In this document: positions 35,162-44,090 of the stretch, piece by piece
Layout of the letters: every line of letters starts with the position of its first letter
How positions within the stretch are numbered: the stretch's first letter is position 1
Origin: Candidatus Scatocola faecigallinarum
GTDB taxonomy: Bacteria; Pseudomonadota; Alphaproteobacteria; RF32; CAG-239
Length of the DNA: 64,000 bases
Assembly: GCA_018713605.1 (NCBI GenBank)
Contig: DVOM01000018.1
Span: 6,557-70,556 of the forward strand
Reading direction: 5' to 3'
The notes under the pieces: generated by a model
Told to the model about the DNA's origin: nothing
What the model saw: only the letters and a program-made list of their open reading frames with translations
Database searches by the model: none
Program-made: the position numbers and the translations under genes

Positions 35162-35935
35162 ATGAAGTGGGTTGGTGCCGGTATCGGCAGCCTTTTGGTG
35201 CTTATTGCCCTGATTTCGGCCGTTTACTCCATAAGCCCGGGATACCGAGGCGTTCTGATTACGTTGGGGAAGGTCAGCCAGCACTCGTATATAAACGGTG
35301 TCGGTTTTAAGTGGCCGTTTGTTTCTTCAATGATAAAAATGGACGTTCGAACCCGGAAAATGACGGATAAAACCTCAACATACACTTCGGATATTCAGAC
35401 GGCCGATTTGGAGTATACGTTTACGTATGACTTGAATCCCGAAAATATTCATATATTGTATGAAAAAGTGGGTTTGGATTATGAAGCAAAGGCAATCCTT
35501 CCGAGTTTGAACGACGTTCTCAAGGACGTTATCGGCAAATGGCAGGCACAGGAACTGGTGGCAAACAGAGACAAGGCCAGAGTAGATGTGGTTGCCGGTT
35601 TGCAGGAGCGTTTGGACAGACGTTTTTTTCAAAATATAACTTTTCAGTTTATCAATATAGATTATTCGGATAAGTTTGAGGGAGCGATCGAAGACAAGGT
35701 TATTGCCGAGCAAAAGGCTCAGGAGGCAGTAAACAACACCAAACGCATAAAGGAAGAGGCGGAGCAAAAGCTGATTTCCGCCAAGGCAGAGGCCGAAGCA
35801 ATGGAAATTAAGTCGGAAGCTTTGTCTAAAAACAAAGGCCTTACGGAGTATGAGGCTGTGCAAAGATGGGACGGAAGATTACCGCAGTATATGCTGGGCA
35901 ATTCGGTGCCGTTTGTAAATTTGGGCGGAAAATAA
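35162..35935 (+). CDS. SPFH/band-7 (prohibitin-like) membrane protein
   Basis: Start trimmed to ATG 35162 (MKWVGAGIGSLLVLIALI); ATG 35111 is also possible. YRGVLITLGKV...DIQTADLEYTFTY...AEQKAQEA is a typical prohibitin-family layout. Confidence 0.8.
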   Translation: MKWVGAGIGSLLVLIALISAVYSISPGYRGVLITLGKVSQHSYINGVGFKWPFVSSMIKMDVRTRKMTDKTSTYTSDIQTADLEYTFTYDLNPENIHILYEKVGLDYEAKAILPSLNDVLKDVIGKWQAQELVANRDKARVDVVAGLQERLDRRFFQNITFQFINIDYSDKFEGAIEDKVIAEQKAQEAVNNTKRIKEEAEQKLISAKAEAEAMEIKSEALSKNKGLTEYEAVQRWDGRLPQYMLGNSVPFVNLGGK

Positions 35936-35954
35936 TCTGTCCGACGTTTGAAAA

Positions 35955-35986
35955 AGAGGTTCTGTTTTATCAGAACCTCTTTTTTT
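35955..35986. terminator. Bidirectional intrinsic terminator between the SPFH gene and tsaC
   Basis: AGAGGTTCTG-ttttat-CAGAACCTCT with a flanking A-run and T-run. Confidence 0.85.
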
Positions 35987-36932
35987 AAGCCTTGTATGAA
36001 GCGCGGCGGATGCGGTCGTTGATGGCCAGTCCCAGTCCGTGTTCGGGAACGGGCGACATGGCAAGTCCCGTATAACCGGGAGCAGCATCGGCCCGACGAA
36101 GAAAGGCAAAGAGATTGGCGGCCGCTTCGCGGAGATCTCCGGCAGGGCTGAGGTTCAGGTCGCAGTCGGCGATTTTGCCGAAACCGATGAAAAACTCGCC
36201 GGGTTGGCGGGTCGCGGCGTTTATGCGCAGCGGGTGGTTGGGGGCATAATGTTTGAGCAGCTGTCCGGGAGCGCTGGGCTGGTTGGGATTGCCCTGCGAA
36301 AGCAGAACTTTCTCGTTGAGGAATTTTTCCAAATCTTCTTTTGATGTGCCGCCGGCGCGCAAAATGACCACATTTGAGCCGGTAACGTCGATGATGGTTG
36401 ATTCAACGCCAACCGCGCAGGGGCCGCCGTCCAAAATCATGTCGACCTTGTCGCCGAGACTGTCGAATACATGCTGTGCCGTGGTCGGGCTGATGGATTT
36501 GAATTTGTTGGCAGAGGGCGCGACAATCGGCACGCCGCTTTTTTTGATGAGATCCAGAGCGACCGGATGCGCCGGCATGCGAACGGCTATGTTGGGCAGG
36601 CCGGAACAGGCCAGGTCGATAGCCGCGTTGTTGTCGCTGCGTTTGAGCACCATGGTCAGCGGTCCGGGCCAGAATTTCCGGGCCAAAGCCATAATGCGTT
36701 CGTCGGTCCGGGCATAGGTTTTCAGAAAATCGGTTTCGGCAATGTGGGAAATCAGCGGGTCGAAAAACGGGCGCTGTTTGGCTTCGAAAATTCTGGCAAC
36801 CGCCGCGGCGATATAAACGTTGGCGCCGAGACCGTAAACGGTTTCGGTCGGCATGGCGACGAGACCGCCGCTTTTGACGGCCAGCGCCGCCCGTTCAAGA
36901 TTATGTTCGTCGGGTTGAAAAATGTTGTTCAT
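35985..36932 (-). CDS. tsaC: L-threonylcarbamoyladenylate synthase (Sua5/YwlC/TsaC family, long form)
   Basis: YrdC-domain motif GGLVAMPTETVYGLGANV plus a C-terminal Sua5 domain (315 aa). Confidence 0.85.
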   Translation of the reverse strand: MNNIFQPDEHNLERAALAVKSGGLVAMPTETVYGLGANVYIAAAVARIFEAKQRPFFDPLISHIAETDFLKTYARTDERIMALARKFWPGPLTMVLKRSDNNAAIDLACSGLPNIAVRMPAHPVALDLIKKSGVPIVAPSANKFKSISPTTAQHVFDSLGDKVDMILDGGPCAVGVESTIIDVTGSNVVILRAGGTSKEDLEKFLNEKVLLSQGNPNQPSAPGQLLKHYAPNHPLRINAATRQPGEFFIGFGKIADCDLNLSPAGDLREAAANLFAFLRRADAAPGYTGLAMSPVPEHGLGLAINDRIRRASYKA

Positions 36933-36935
36933 GGC

Positions 36936-37346
36936 CTAAATCTTCAAAATGTGCAGGATTGCCGGTTCAATGTCCGAATATTCTTCTAGCACTTCCATAT
37001 CTTCTTTGTCAATGATTTGATACCGCCGGCATTCGGCATTGTAAGCCAGATAGTCGAATTCGTCGCGGCCGAGTATAACAAGTTCGGGGCGGCCGGAAAA
37101 AGGACTCATTTGGTTGGCCGGGACAATGTCGAGGAAAATTCGCCCTTCGGGAGCAATGCCGAAAATGCCTGCACCGTCGTAGGAAATGCCGTTGCAACGG
37201 TGTAAAAACTCCAGAAAACCTTCGGGAAGCGGGGCGTTGCGGTTTTGAGCCAGTTCTTTTTGAGCCAGAATTATTTTTTGGACATTTACCGGCTTGCCGA
37301 GGTATCCGGGACGGATTTTGCGCAGGCGTTCAAAAAGCCGGTTCAT
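36936..37346 (-). CDS. SUKH-superfamily (SMI1/KNR4-like) immunity-type protein, second copy
   Basis: QKELAQNRNAPLPEGFLEFLHRCNGISYDGAGIFG...LVILGRDEFDYLAYNAECRRYQIID. ATGA overlap with the upstream HNH-like gene. Confidence 0.6.
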   Translation of the reverse strand: MNRLFERLRKIRPGYLGKPVNVQKIILAQKELAQNRNAPLPEGFLEFLHRCNGISYDGAGIFGIAPEGRIFLDIVPANQMSPFSGRPELVILGRDEFDYLAYNAECRRYQIIDKEDMEVLEEYSDIEPAILHILKI

Positions 37347-39184
37347 CTTTTGCCTCTCTGTGCACGCAGCGTGTATTGGATGAGTTTTTCGAACTTCTGT
37401 TCGTCTTCAAACTGGCTGATGGTTTTAATGGCGGATTTCTTGGCGGCACGCAGTGCCAGATATTGTTTGCGTTTTTCAATCAGCTCGTTGCGAAGGCTGA
37501 GGTATTCGTCTTTTTTGCGGGAGATTTTTTCAATGCGTTTCAGCAGCCCTTTCGGTTTTTTTCTTTTTTGTTTGGGGAGCGCTGCTTCTGCGGCAGCGGT
37601 TTGTCCTTTTTCTTCTTTTTTTGGCGGCTGCCGGGTTTCCGGTTGGGTTTGAGTCTTCGTTTCCGTAATTTCCTGCAAAATTTTGCCGAGTTTTTCCTGT
37701 TTTTGTTTCAGTTTTTTCTGCTGTTTCTTTTCGCGGCGCGAAATTTTGGCTTTGGGCTGCCAGTATTCGTCGCTTTTTTCGAGCAGGAGCTGTTTGCTGC
37801 GGAAAGAGTCCAACGCTTCTTTGTTGTACTGTTTGTAATGCGTTTGTCCGAAGTCGCATTCTATTTGGAAAAGTTTGTTGAAACCGCCGTAGAACGCAAG
37901 GTTTTCGCCGATTTCGATGCGGGAAACGTAGTATTCGGCGCCGTTGACCATGCCGGTCCGGTCAAGAGAGTGGGCAAAGAAGTGATAGGGCTCGATAATC
38001 AGGCAGAGGTTTTTGAATTGGTTTACTTCGGCAAAATTGGTCTTTTCGCCGCTGTCCTGAACGGCGACCTTATGATGTACGGTAAGTTCGGGTCCGGTAA
38101 CCGGATTGCCGTTTTCGTCCCGGGCCAGAATGACGCTGATGAGCCCGGCGGCACGGATGCCGGCCGCCTGTCCGTCGGTTATCGGATCTCCGGCGCGGGT
38201 TTCTTCGGGAATAAGTTTGCGCTTTTTCAGCGGTTCCAGCATTTCCTGCGTATAATTCGTTTCAAGGACGTCAAAACCGCCGGTTACGCCGTATTGTTCC
38301 ATGTGGCGGATGAGCGTTTCGGTATAGCGCGGGTCGTAACCGCGCAGTTCCATGATGCGGCGCAGCGATGTCTTGTTGCGGCGGATAAAGGCTTTGACAA
38401 AACGGTATTTGGCTCCCAAAAACAAATTAGCCCGCTCATCCTTTTCGGCGTCGGGCTTGCTTTTGGCAATATAGCGGTTGTAGAGTATCTGAGAGAAGTC
38501 GTAGGCATTCAGGCGCTTGAAGTCCTGAGGCGAAATGCCTTCCTTTATCAGCAGCTCGGGAAGGTTGCGTTCCAGCAGCCGGAAACTGCGAAACTGCCGG
38601 AAGACCGTCCAGGACGGCGACTGGCTCAAATCGTAATCGGCGGGTCTGACGCCGGCGGTTTTTTCCGGGTTTCGCTGCCGATAGGTTTCGGAGAGCTTTT
38701 TGGAACTTTTGCCGTCTTTCTTTTCGTCGATTTTATCGACCGTGCCGTAAAAATCCATGCGGATAATATGTTTTATTTCGCGGGGCAGAGCGTAGTGGCG
38801 CTTGTTGATACATTTCATGCCCCAGGCGTGGAGCTGTCCGGCCAAATCAAGGCGGAGCTGTTCGCGCGCGTCGTCCTCGGTTATGTGCGAGCGGGCGGCA
38901 AACTCGCGGACAAAGCTTCCCTTGTAGAGGTTTTCGATATCGGCCTGAACGATGGTTGCGGCGTTTTTCTCCAGCATGAGAATATCGTCACAGGTTTCGG
39001 ATATCTTGTTTTGATAGAAGCTGTCAAAACTGTTGATGTCGCTGTGCGGGGCGGCGGCATTTTCGTCGGGAATGGGAAGGTTTGAAGCGGTAATGGAGTC
39101 GAGAATCCGGTCAAGAGAAAGGTCTGCTTCGTCGACGAAGTCAGGAAACGCATCGTTTAATTTCTCCACTCGTTTCTTAGCCAA
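37343..39184 (-). CDS. Large HNH/beta-beta-alpha-Me nuclease-like protein with a lysine-rich C-terminal tail (toxin/effector candidate)
   Basis: Core at aa 368-405 (about 37970-38080) is LTVHHKVAVQDSGEKTNFAEVNQFKNLCLIIEPYHFFAH, fitting HH - SG turn - NL.LI - H-x3-H. Tail aa 476-613 is Lys/Arg/Gln-rich (KAKISRREKKQQKKLKQKQEK...KQKRKKPKGLLKR...RAQRGKR). Confidence 0.6.
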   Translation of the reverse strand: MAKKRVEKLNDAFPDFVDEADLSLDRILDSITASNLPIPDENAAAPHSDINSFDSFYQNKISETCDDILMLEKNAATIVQADIENLYKGSFVREFAARSHITEDDAREQLRLDLAGQLHAWGMKCINKRHYALPREIKHIIRMDFYGTVDKIDEKKDGKSSKKLSETYRQRNPEKTAGVRPADYDLSQSPSWTVFRQFRSFRLLERNLPELLIKEGISPQDFKRLNAYDFSQILYNRYIAKSKPDAEKDERANLFLGAKYRFVKAFIRRNKTSLRRIMELRGYDPRYTETLIRHMEQYGVTGGFDVLETNYTQEMLEPLKKRKLIPEETRAGDPITDGQAAGIRAAGLISVILARDENGNPVTGPELTVHHKVAVQDSGEKTNFAEVNQFKNLCLIIEPYHFFAHSLDRTGMVNGAEYYVSRIEIGENLAFYGGFNKLFQIECDFGQTHYKQYNKEALDSFRSKQLLLEKSDEYWQPKAKISRREKKQQKKLKQKQEKLGKILQEITETKTQTQPETRQPPKKEEKGQTAAAEAALPKQKRKKPKGLLKRIEKISRKKDEYLSLRNELIEKRKQYLALRAAKKSAIKTISQFEDEQKFEKLIQYTLRAQRGKR

Positions 39185-39325
39185 AACTTTTCTCGTTTGT
39201 CAGAAATTATTTATTTTGTCTAAATTTTACATTATTTTTTTGATTTTTACCAGTTTAAATTAGGGTTTTGTTATTTATTTCTGTGTATAATCTGCAAAAA
39301 GTTTACCATTGTAGGGGGAAGACGT

Positions 39326-40816
39326 ATGCTCGAGATAATTTTCAATAGAAAATGCACGGAAAAGTGCGATGTGAAAGTCATCGGGCTGGCAGAAAAGCAG
39401 AGTTTTTGCGACTCGGCTTTTGTGAAATTTTTGGACAAAGAGGAGTGCCGGATTCTGCATCAGGCGATTAAGGCCGAAAATTTTACGGGCAAAAGCGGCA
39501 CCTGGGTTGACAGCTATTCCGCCAAAGGGCGACTGATAGCCGTAGGTCTGGGCTGCCGGCCGCAGAAGCTTGATTTGCGAAAAACCGGCGGACGCCTTGT
39601 GCGCCGGCTTTCAAAAAACCGGGTGGCGAAATTCTGGGTCGGCGACGTCAAGGGCTGCCGCCTGAGCCAGGAGGAAATTGCGCATAATGTTGCTTTCGGC
39701 ATGCTGCTGGGGTCCTATCGTTTTGACAAATATTTTACCAGAAAACCGGCAGAAGACTATCCGGTTCTGGAGAAGGTTTATTTCGACAGCGCTGAAAAAG
39801 ACAAAATCTCGCTGGGGGATTTTGTGGATATGGCTTCTTTGGCCAACGCGGTGCGCTATGCGCGTGACCTGGTCAACGAACCGGCCAATTTTCTGACGCC
39901 GGAAGCCTTTGCTTCGGACGTAGAACGGCTGCGGTATCTGAAACTGGACGTGGAAATTCTGGATGAACGGGAACTCCGCAAGCAGGATTTCAACATGCTG
40001 CTGGAAGTTGCCAAAGGTTCGGAAGCCAGGCCCCGGGTCGGCGTGATGATATGGCACGGCGACAAGCGCCGCAAAGAAATGGATGCGGTGCTGGTCGGCA
40101 AGGGCGTAACCTATGATGCCGGAGGAATTAACCTGAAAGACCGCAAGAACCTGACGAATATGTATGCGGATATGGCCGGTGCGGCCGCCGTTGCGGCAAC
40201 AATGAAGTCAATTGCGCTGGAGCGCCGAATGGTAAACGTGGCGGCAGTGGTCGGGCTGGTAGAAAACATGCCTTCCGGCCGGGCGCTGCATCCGTTTGAC
40301 GTTATCCGGTCAATGTCGGGACAAACGGTCGAAGTGACGAATACGGACGGCGAAGGGCGCCTGTTGCTGGCCGATCTGCTCTGGTATGCGCAAAAGCGTT
40401 TTGAGCCGGCGCGGATAATCGACATCGCCACGTTGACCGGAACCGTCGCTTATGCGCTGGCCGGGCAATATGCCGGAATTTTCGGCAATGACAAAAAGCT
40501 GATTGCCGCGTTGACCGAAAGCGGCGCCGAGTGCGGCGAGCCTTTGTGGGAACTGCCGCTGAACGATGAATTTGACAAGTGGATTGATTCGGACGTCGCG
40601 GACATGAAAAACGTCGGCAAAGACGTTGGCGACGGCTCGCAGGCGGCGGCTTTTCTGCAACGCTACATTCGGAAAGGCGTCAGCTGGGCGCATATCGACA
40701 TGGCGGATATGGAGATTGCCGGCGAAGATACGGCGTTGTGCCCGAAAGGGGCGACCGGTTTCGGCGTGCAGCTGCTGAATCGGTATCTTAGAAATCTGGA
40801 ATCGGAGAAAAAGTAA
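39326..40816 (+). CDS. pepA: Leucyl aminopeptidase (M17)
   Basis: VGKGVTYDAGGINLK, and NTDGEGRLLLADLL (the NTDAEGRL signature). Confidence 0.9.
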   Translation: MLEIIFNRKCTEKCDVKVIGLAEKQSFCDSAFVKFLDKEECRILHQAIKAENFTGKSGTWVDSYSAKGRLIAVGLGCRPQKLDLRKTGGRLVRRLSKNRVAKFWVGDVKGCRLSQEEIAHNVAFGMLLGSYRFDKYFTRKPAEDYPVLEKVYFDSAEKDKISLGDFVDMASLANAVRYARDLVNEPANFLTPEAFASDVERLRYLKLDVEILDERELRKQDFNMLLEVAKGSEARPRVGVMIWHGDKRRKEMDAVLVGKGVTYDAGGINLKDRKNLTNMYADMAGAAAVAATMKSIALERRMVNVAAVVGLVENMPSGRALHPFDVIRSMSGQTVEVTNTDGEGRLLLADLLWYAQKRFEPARIIDIATLTGTVAYALAGQYAGIFGNDKKLIAALTESGAECGEPLWELPLNDEFDKWIDSDVADMKNVGKDVGDGSQAAAFLQRYIRKGVSWAHIDMADMEIAGEDTALCPKGATGFGVQLLNRYLRNLESEKK

Positions 40817-40817
40817 A

Positions 40818-41939
40818 ATGAAGAGAGACGAAAGAATTGTCAGGCTGGCTGAAAACGTCGTTAATTATTCGGTCGGCGTGCAGAAGGGCGAACGGATTTA
40901 CGTTGAATGCTTCGGCGCGTCGGCGCAGTCGTTGTTTGAGGAAGTGATTGCTGCGGTAACGCGTGCCGGCGGCGTGCCGTTTTATTACTGCAACGACAAT
41001 GCCTTTATCCGCGATTTTCTGCGCTGTGCGGACGAGGCGCAGATTAAGGCCTATGCGGAAATGCACCGGGGGCTGATGGAAGACTGCGCCGGATATGTCG
41101 GCATCCGCGGTTTTGACGATATTTTTGCGCTTTCCGAACTGCCGGCGGAAAAGAACGCGCTCTGGGCTAAATATTTCTGGGAGGCGGTACATACCCGCGT
41201 GCGGCTGAACAAGCGCTGGTGCGTCATGCGTTATCCGAACGTGACGATGGCGGCAATGTCGAAAATGTCGCTGAAGGAATTTGAAGACTTCTATTTTGAA
41301 GCCTGTCTGCTTGATTATCGTAAAATGGGCGCGGCGATGAGCGGTTTGCAGAAACTGATGGAAAAGACCGACAGGGTCAAAATCATTGCGCCGGATACGC
41401 ATCTGGAATTTTCGATTAAGGGAATTCCGGCCGTCAAAAGCGAGGGAAAGCGCAATATTCCCGACGGCGAGGTTTATACGGCGCCGGTTAAGGATTCGAT
41501 TAACGGTTATGTGCAGTTTAACACCGACAGCGCCTATCACGGTTCGGTATTTTCGCGCATCAGGCTGGAATTTAAGGACGGACGGATTGTAAAGGCTTCG
41601 TCACAGGTTAACGACGAGCTGTTTCAGAAAATCCTGGATACGGATGAGGGGTCGCGTTATATGGGCGAGTTTGCGCTGGGCGTGAATCCGTACATAACGC
41701 ATCCGATTTTGGACATTTTGTTTGACGAGAAAATCGGCGGCTCTTTTCATATGGCCATCGGCAACGCCTATGAACACGCGTTTAACGGCAACCGTTCCGC
41801 CAACCACTGGGATTTAATCCAGATGCAGGACGGTAAACACGGCGGCGGCGAAATCTGGTTTGACGACGTGTTAATCCGCAAAGACGGGCGTTTTGTGCTG
41901 CCGGAGCTGGAAGCTTTGAATCCGGAAAATCTGAAATAG
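40818..41939 (+). CDS. Aminopeptidase, M29 family (AmpS/PepS-like)
   Basis: N-terminus RLAENVVNYSVGVQKGERIYVE and C-terminal GEFALGVNP...GGSFHMAIGNAY...SANHWD are typical of M29 thermophilic-type aminopeptidases. Confidence 0.8.
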   Translation: MKRDERIVRLAENVVNYSVGVQKGERIYVECFGASAQSLFEEVIAAVTRAGGVPFYYCNDNAFIRDFLRCADEAQIKAYAEMHRGLMEDCAGYVGIRGFDDIFALSELPAEKNALWAKYFWEAVHTRVRLNKRWCVMRYPNVTMAAMSKMSLKEFEDFYFEACLLDYRKMGAAMSGLQKLMEKTDRVKIIAPDTHLEFSIKGIPAVKSEGKRNIPDGEVYTAPVKDSINGYVQFNTDSAYHGSVFSRIRLEFKDGRIVKASSQVNDELFQKILDTDEGSRYMGEFALGVNPYITHPILDILFDEKIGGSFHMAIGNAYEHAFNGNRSANHWDLIQMQDGKHGGGEIWFDDVLIRKDGRFVLPELEALNPENLK

Positions 41940-41947
41940 AAAAGCGA

Positions 41948-41980
41948 AGAACCGCGTCCCGGTCAGGGAGGCGGTTCTTT
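41948..41980 (+). terminator. Hairpin terminator candidate for the aminopeptidase operon, overlapping the 3' end of the convergent gene
   Basis: AGAACCGC-15 nt-GCGGTTCT followed by TTTG. The T-run is weak. Confidence 0.45.
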
Positions 41981-42739
41981 GCCGACGGAAACGGACAGCC
42001 CTTCCGCAAAACAGTAGCCTTTTTCCGGCGAATCCGAAACGACATAATACTTTTTGTCGCGCAGAAAGCCTTTGCCGGGCGGGACGGGCTGCCAGTTGAG
42101 CGTATTGAAGTCATACATGTCAAACAGCACGTAATCGTCGGTAAAGGCAGCCAGCAGACGGAATTTGTTGGCTTCGCATCTGATTTTCCAGACCGGAATA
42201 ACGTAGTTTTCGCATTTGGAAAATTCAGTGTTGAGCCTGCCGTCGTTGATGATGGTGCATTTGTTCAGCGTGGCGCTGAGCGGTTTTTCTCCCCAGACCA
42301 TGGCGACAAACTTGGCCATTTCTTCGTTGTCGATATACGCGAGGGAAAATATGGTCCAGTCTTCGAGTTTCTGTCCGTCGATTTCAACGGTTTCGTATTC
42401 GAAACAGAAGATTTCCTCGTCACAGACGAAAGTCGTGCCGGCGGGAATTTCGCAAAGCAGGCGGATGTCCCTGTAAGGCGCATAGCTTTCTTTGTGATAA
42501 AAAGCCGGAATGGTAATTATGCCAAAGGTTCCGGCATAGCAGACCCATTGAATGACGCGCAGCTGTTCGGGCGGTTTGGAGCCAATGAACAGTTTGGGCA
42601 GCGGTTCGGTACGAGTCAGCAGGGTTAATCCGAGAACAATCTTACCGTAATAACCGTTTCGGGCGAATTCCTTTTTGGCGGCGGACCACGATTTGAGCAT
42701 GCAGAAATCGTCGGTCGGGCGCAGATACTTTTTTTCCAT
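41963..42739 (-). CDS. Hypothetical protein
   Basis: 258-aa ORF with a coherent, soluble-looking protein sequence. I recognise no family. Confidence 0.6.
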   Translation of the reverse strand: MEKKYLRPTDDFCMLKSWSAAKKEFARNGYYGKIVLGLTLLTRTEPLPKLFIGSKPPEQLRVIQWVCYAGTFGIITIPAFYHKESYAPYRDIRLLCEIPAGTTFVCDEEIFCFEYETVEIDGQKLEDWTIFSLAYIDNEEMAKFVAMVWGEKPLSATLNKCTIINDGRLNTEFSKCENYVIPVWKIRCEANKFRLLAAFTDDYVLFDMYDFNTLNWQPVPPGKGFLRDKKYYVVSDSPEKGYCFAEGLSVSVGKEPPP

Positions 42740-42948
42740 AGGCTGTTATTTTAGAATAATGACTATAAATTTAGAATATTTTGTCCAAACAAAATAGCGC
42801 GTCCCTTGTCAAAATGCAATAAAAAAGATGAAATTTTGCGAAGAACGTCATTTTTTGACAAAAGTGGTTTACAATTCGGCAAAAGATGATACATTAGCAG
42901 GCCTGTGATTAGTTTTTTAGATATATTAACTTTTTAAATGTTTTTATC

Positions 42949-43383
42949 ATGGAACATTTTATTATTAGCGGTCTTAACGAACAACAGACCCTGGTGTGTT
43001 TAATTGTTGCGGCTTTTGCCTTTATCGGCGCTGCGGAGTATTTAATCGGCCTTATGGCTGCGAAGAGCGTTGTCCCTGCTTTTGTTCCGGCTTTTTGGCA
43101 ATCCGGCGACGGGGACGGCGGCTGTGGAAATCGTGTTGTTAAATGCGATTTGATGTCGGCTCGCAGCGGTTCGGTTTCGGCGGCAAAGGCGACGTCCGGC
43201 AAGAAGTTTACCCGCGTGACCAGTTCACATGTTTCTTATTCCGGTGAGGAACTTAAGAAATTGAGAGCCGAGTTTAACCGTCTGAAAAATCAGATGCTGA
43301 CGCAGGGAAAACTCAGCCCCGAACAACAGCGCGACTATGAACGGACGCGTCAAATTCTGGCTCACTACGGTCTGAAAGTCTGA
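42949..43383 (+). CDS. Hypothetical protein with an N-terminal hydrophobic helix
   Basis: 144-aa ORF followed by a strong terminator. I recognise no family. Confidence 0.55.
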   Translation: MEHFIISGLNEQQTLVCLIVAAFAFIGAAEYLIGLMAAKSVVPAFVPAFWQSGDGDGGCGNRVVKCDLMSARSGSVSAAKATSGKKFTRVTSSHVSYSGEELKKLRAEFNRLKNQMLTQGKLSPEQQRDYERTRQILAHYGLKV

Positions 43384-43403
43384 TAAACTTTGTTAACCTT
43401 GAA

Positions 43404-43443
43404 AACGCGGCGGCTTTTGTGAAAAAGCACCGCGTTTTTTTTT
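43404..43443 (+). terminator. Intrinsic terminator
   Basis: AACGCGG-C-GGCTTTT-gtga-AAAAGC-A-CCGCGTT followed by T9. Confidence 0.85.
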
Positions 43444-43444
43444 C

Positions 43445-43850
43445 GTTGCCTTGCAAGCTGTTGCCGGCTTGACAAGGGGACGCCCTTGAGCGCAAGCTGG
43501 CTGTGGCGCGAACCTTTGTTGAAGCGCGCAAGCTGTTGCTGAGGCCGAGCCTTGTATTTTCTTTGTCATCCTCGGGCAAGCGCAGCACGACCCGGGGAGC
43601 CATGGATGTCCGGGGCACATGCTCAGCGTGTTTCCCGAGTTTGTCTTGTAAGCCTCGTGGCTTTCGCTGTCGCTTGACCGCTCGCCAACAAGACTACACC
43701 GCAGCCGGCTCGCAGCTTCACCGGAGCTGCTCCCCACGCTGCGCCTGAACATGACAGTAATAAAAAGGGATCTCTTGGATTGTCGGATCAAGTCCGACAA
43801 TGACGAGGGAAAGAGGCAAGCCGACAATCTCTCGGCTATTCATAAAAAAA
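43445..43850. other. GC-rich ORF-free segment with repeated GCAAGCTG boxes and REP-like hairpins
   Basis: GCAAGCTG at 43453, 43492 and 43528; the first and third extend to GCAAGCTGTTGC. Hairpin CCTTGCAAGC...GCTTGACAAGG. Perfect hairpin ATTGTCGGA-tcaag-TCCGACAAT (43779-43801). GTCATCCTCGGG...CCCGAG inverted repeat. Confidence 0.6.
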
Positions 43851-43854
43851 GCCG

Positions 43855-43882
43855 TTGCAAAATAGCTTTTAGCCTTTATAAT
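43855..43882 (+). promoter_or_regulatory. Near-consensus sigma70 promoter
   Basis: TTGCAA (43855-43860), 16-nt spacer, TATAAT (43877-43882). Confidence 0.55.
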
Positions 43883-43888
43883 CATTTT

Positions 43889-44067
43889 TGCCGATGGAAA
43901 TGGTTATGCCAGCGGCGGAGTATACAAACTCCTTACGAGAAACCAATAAGATAACCTCCTTTGTGGAGGATGGTGCGATATAAGCCGCTTTCAGCGGACG
44001 AATAAGCACACTGTTCTCGTACAGTTTGTAACTCCTCCGCTCTCATTTTGAGAGCGGTTTTGTTTTT
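43889..44067 (+). ncRNA. Candidate structured RNA of about 175 nt (sRNA, or terminated 5' leader of the downstream HTH gene)
   Basis: Bounded by the promoter above and an intrinsic terminator CCGCTCTC-atttt-GAGAGCGG-TTTTGTTTTT (44037-44067). Internal hairpins CCTCC-tttgt-GGAGG and CCGCT-ttc-AGCGG. No convincing ORF or RBS inside. Confidence 0.4.
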
Positions 44068-44090
44068 AACAAAACATGAAGGAGTTGGAA

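Noticed and set aside
43393-43954. ORFs 43393-43827 (-), 43503-43748 (+) and 43751-43954 (+) in the long spacer
   Set aside because: The translations are Ser/Arg/Cys/Ala-rich nonsense of the kind produced by GC-rich palindromic repeats (LSSSGKRSTTRGAMDVRG, DCRIKSDNDEG). They have no RBS and overlap hairpins and a terminator. I treat the region as non-coding.
43440-44070. Possibility that the 690-nt ORF-free region is tmRNA, RNase P RNA, 6S or SRP RNA
   Set aside because: I could not find the diagnostic strings on either strand. There is no GGAAAGUCCGG or ACAGAA..GGCUUA (RNase P). There is no tRNA-like GGUUCGA T-arm, and no tag ORF ending in Ala-Ala-stop (tmRNA). There is no GGAAGG..AGCA domain IV (SRP). 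Only a covariance-model scan could settle this.
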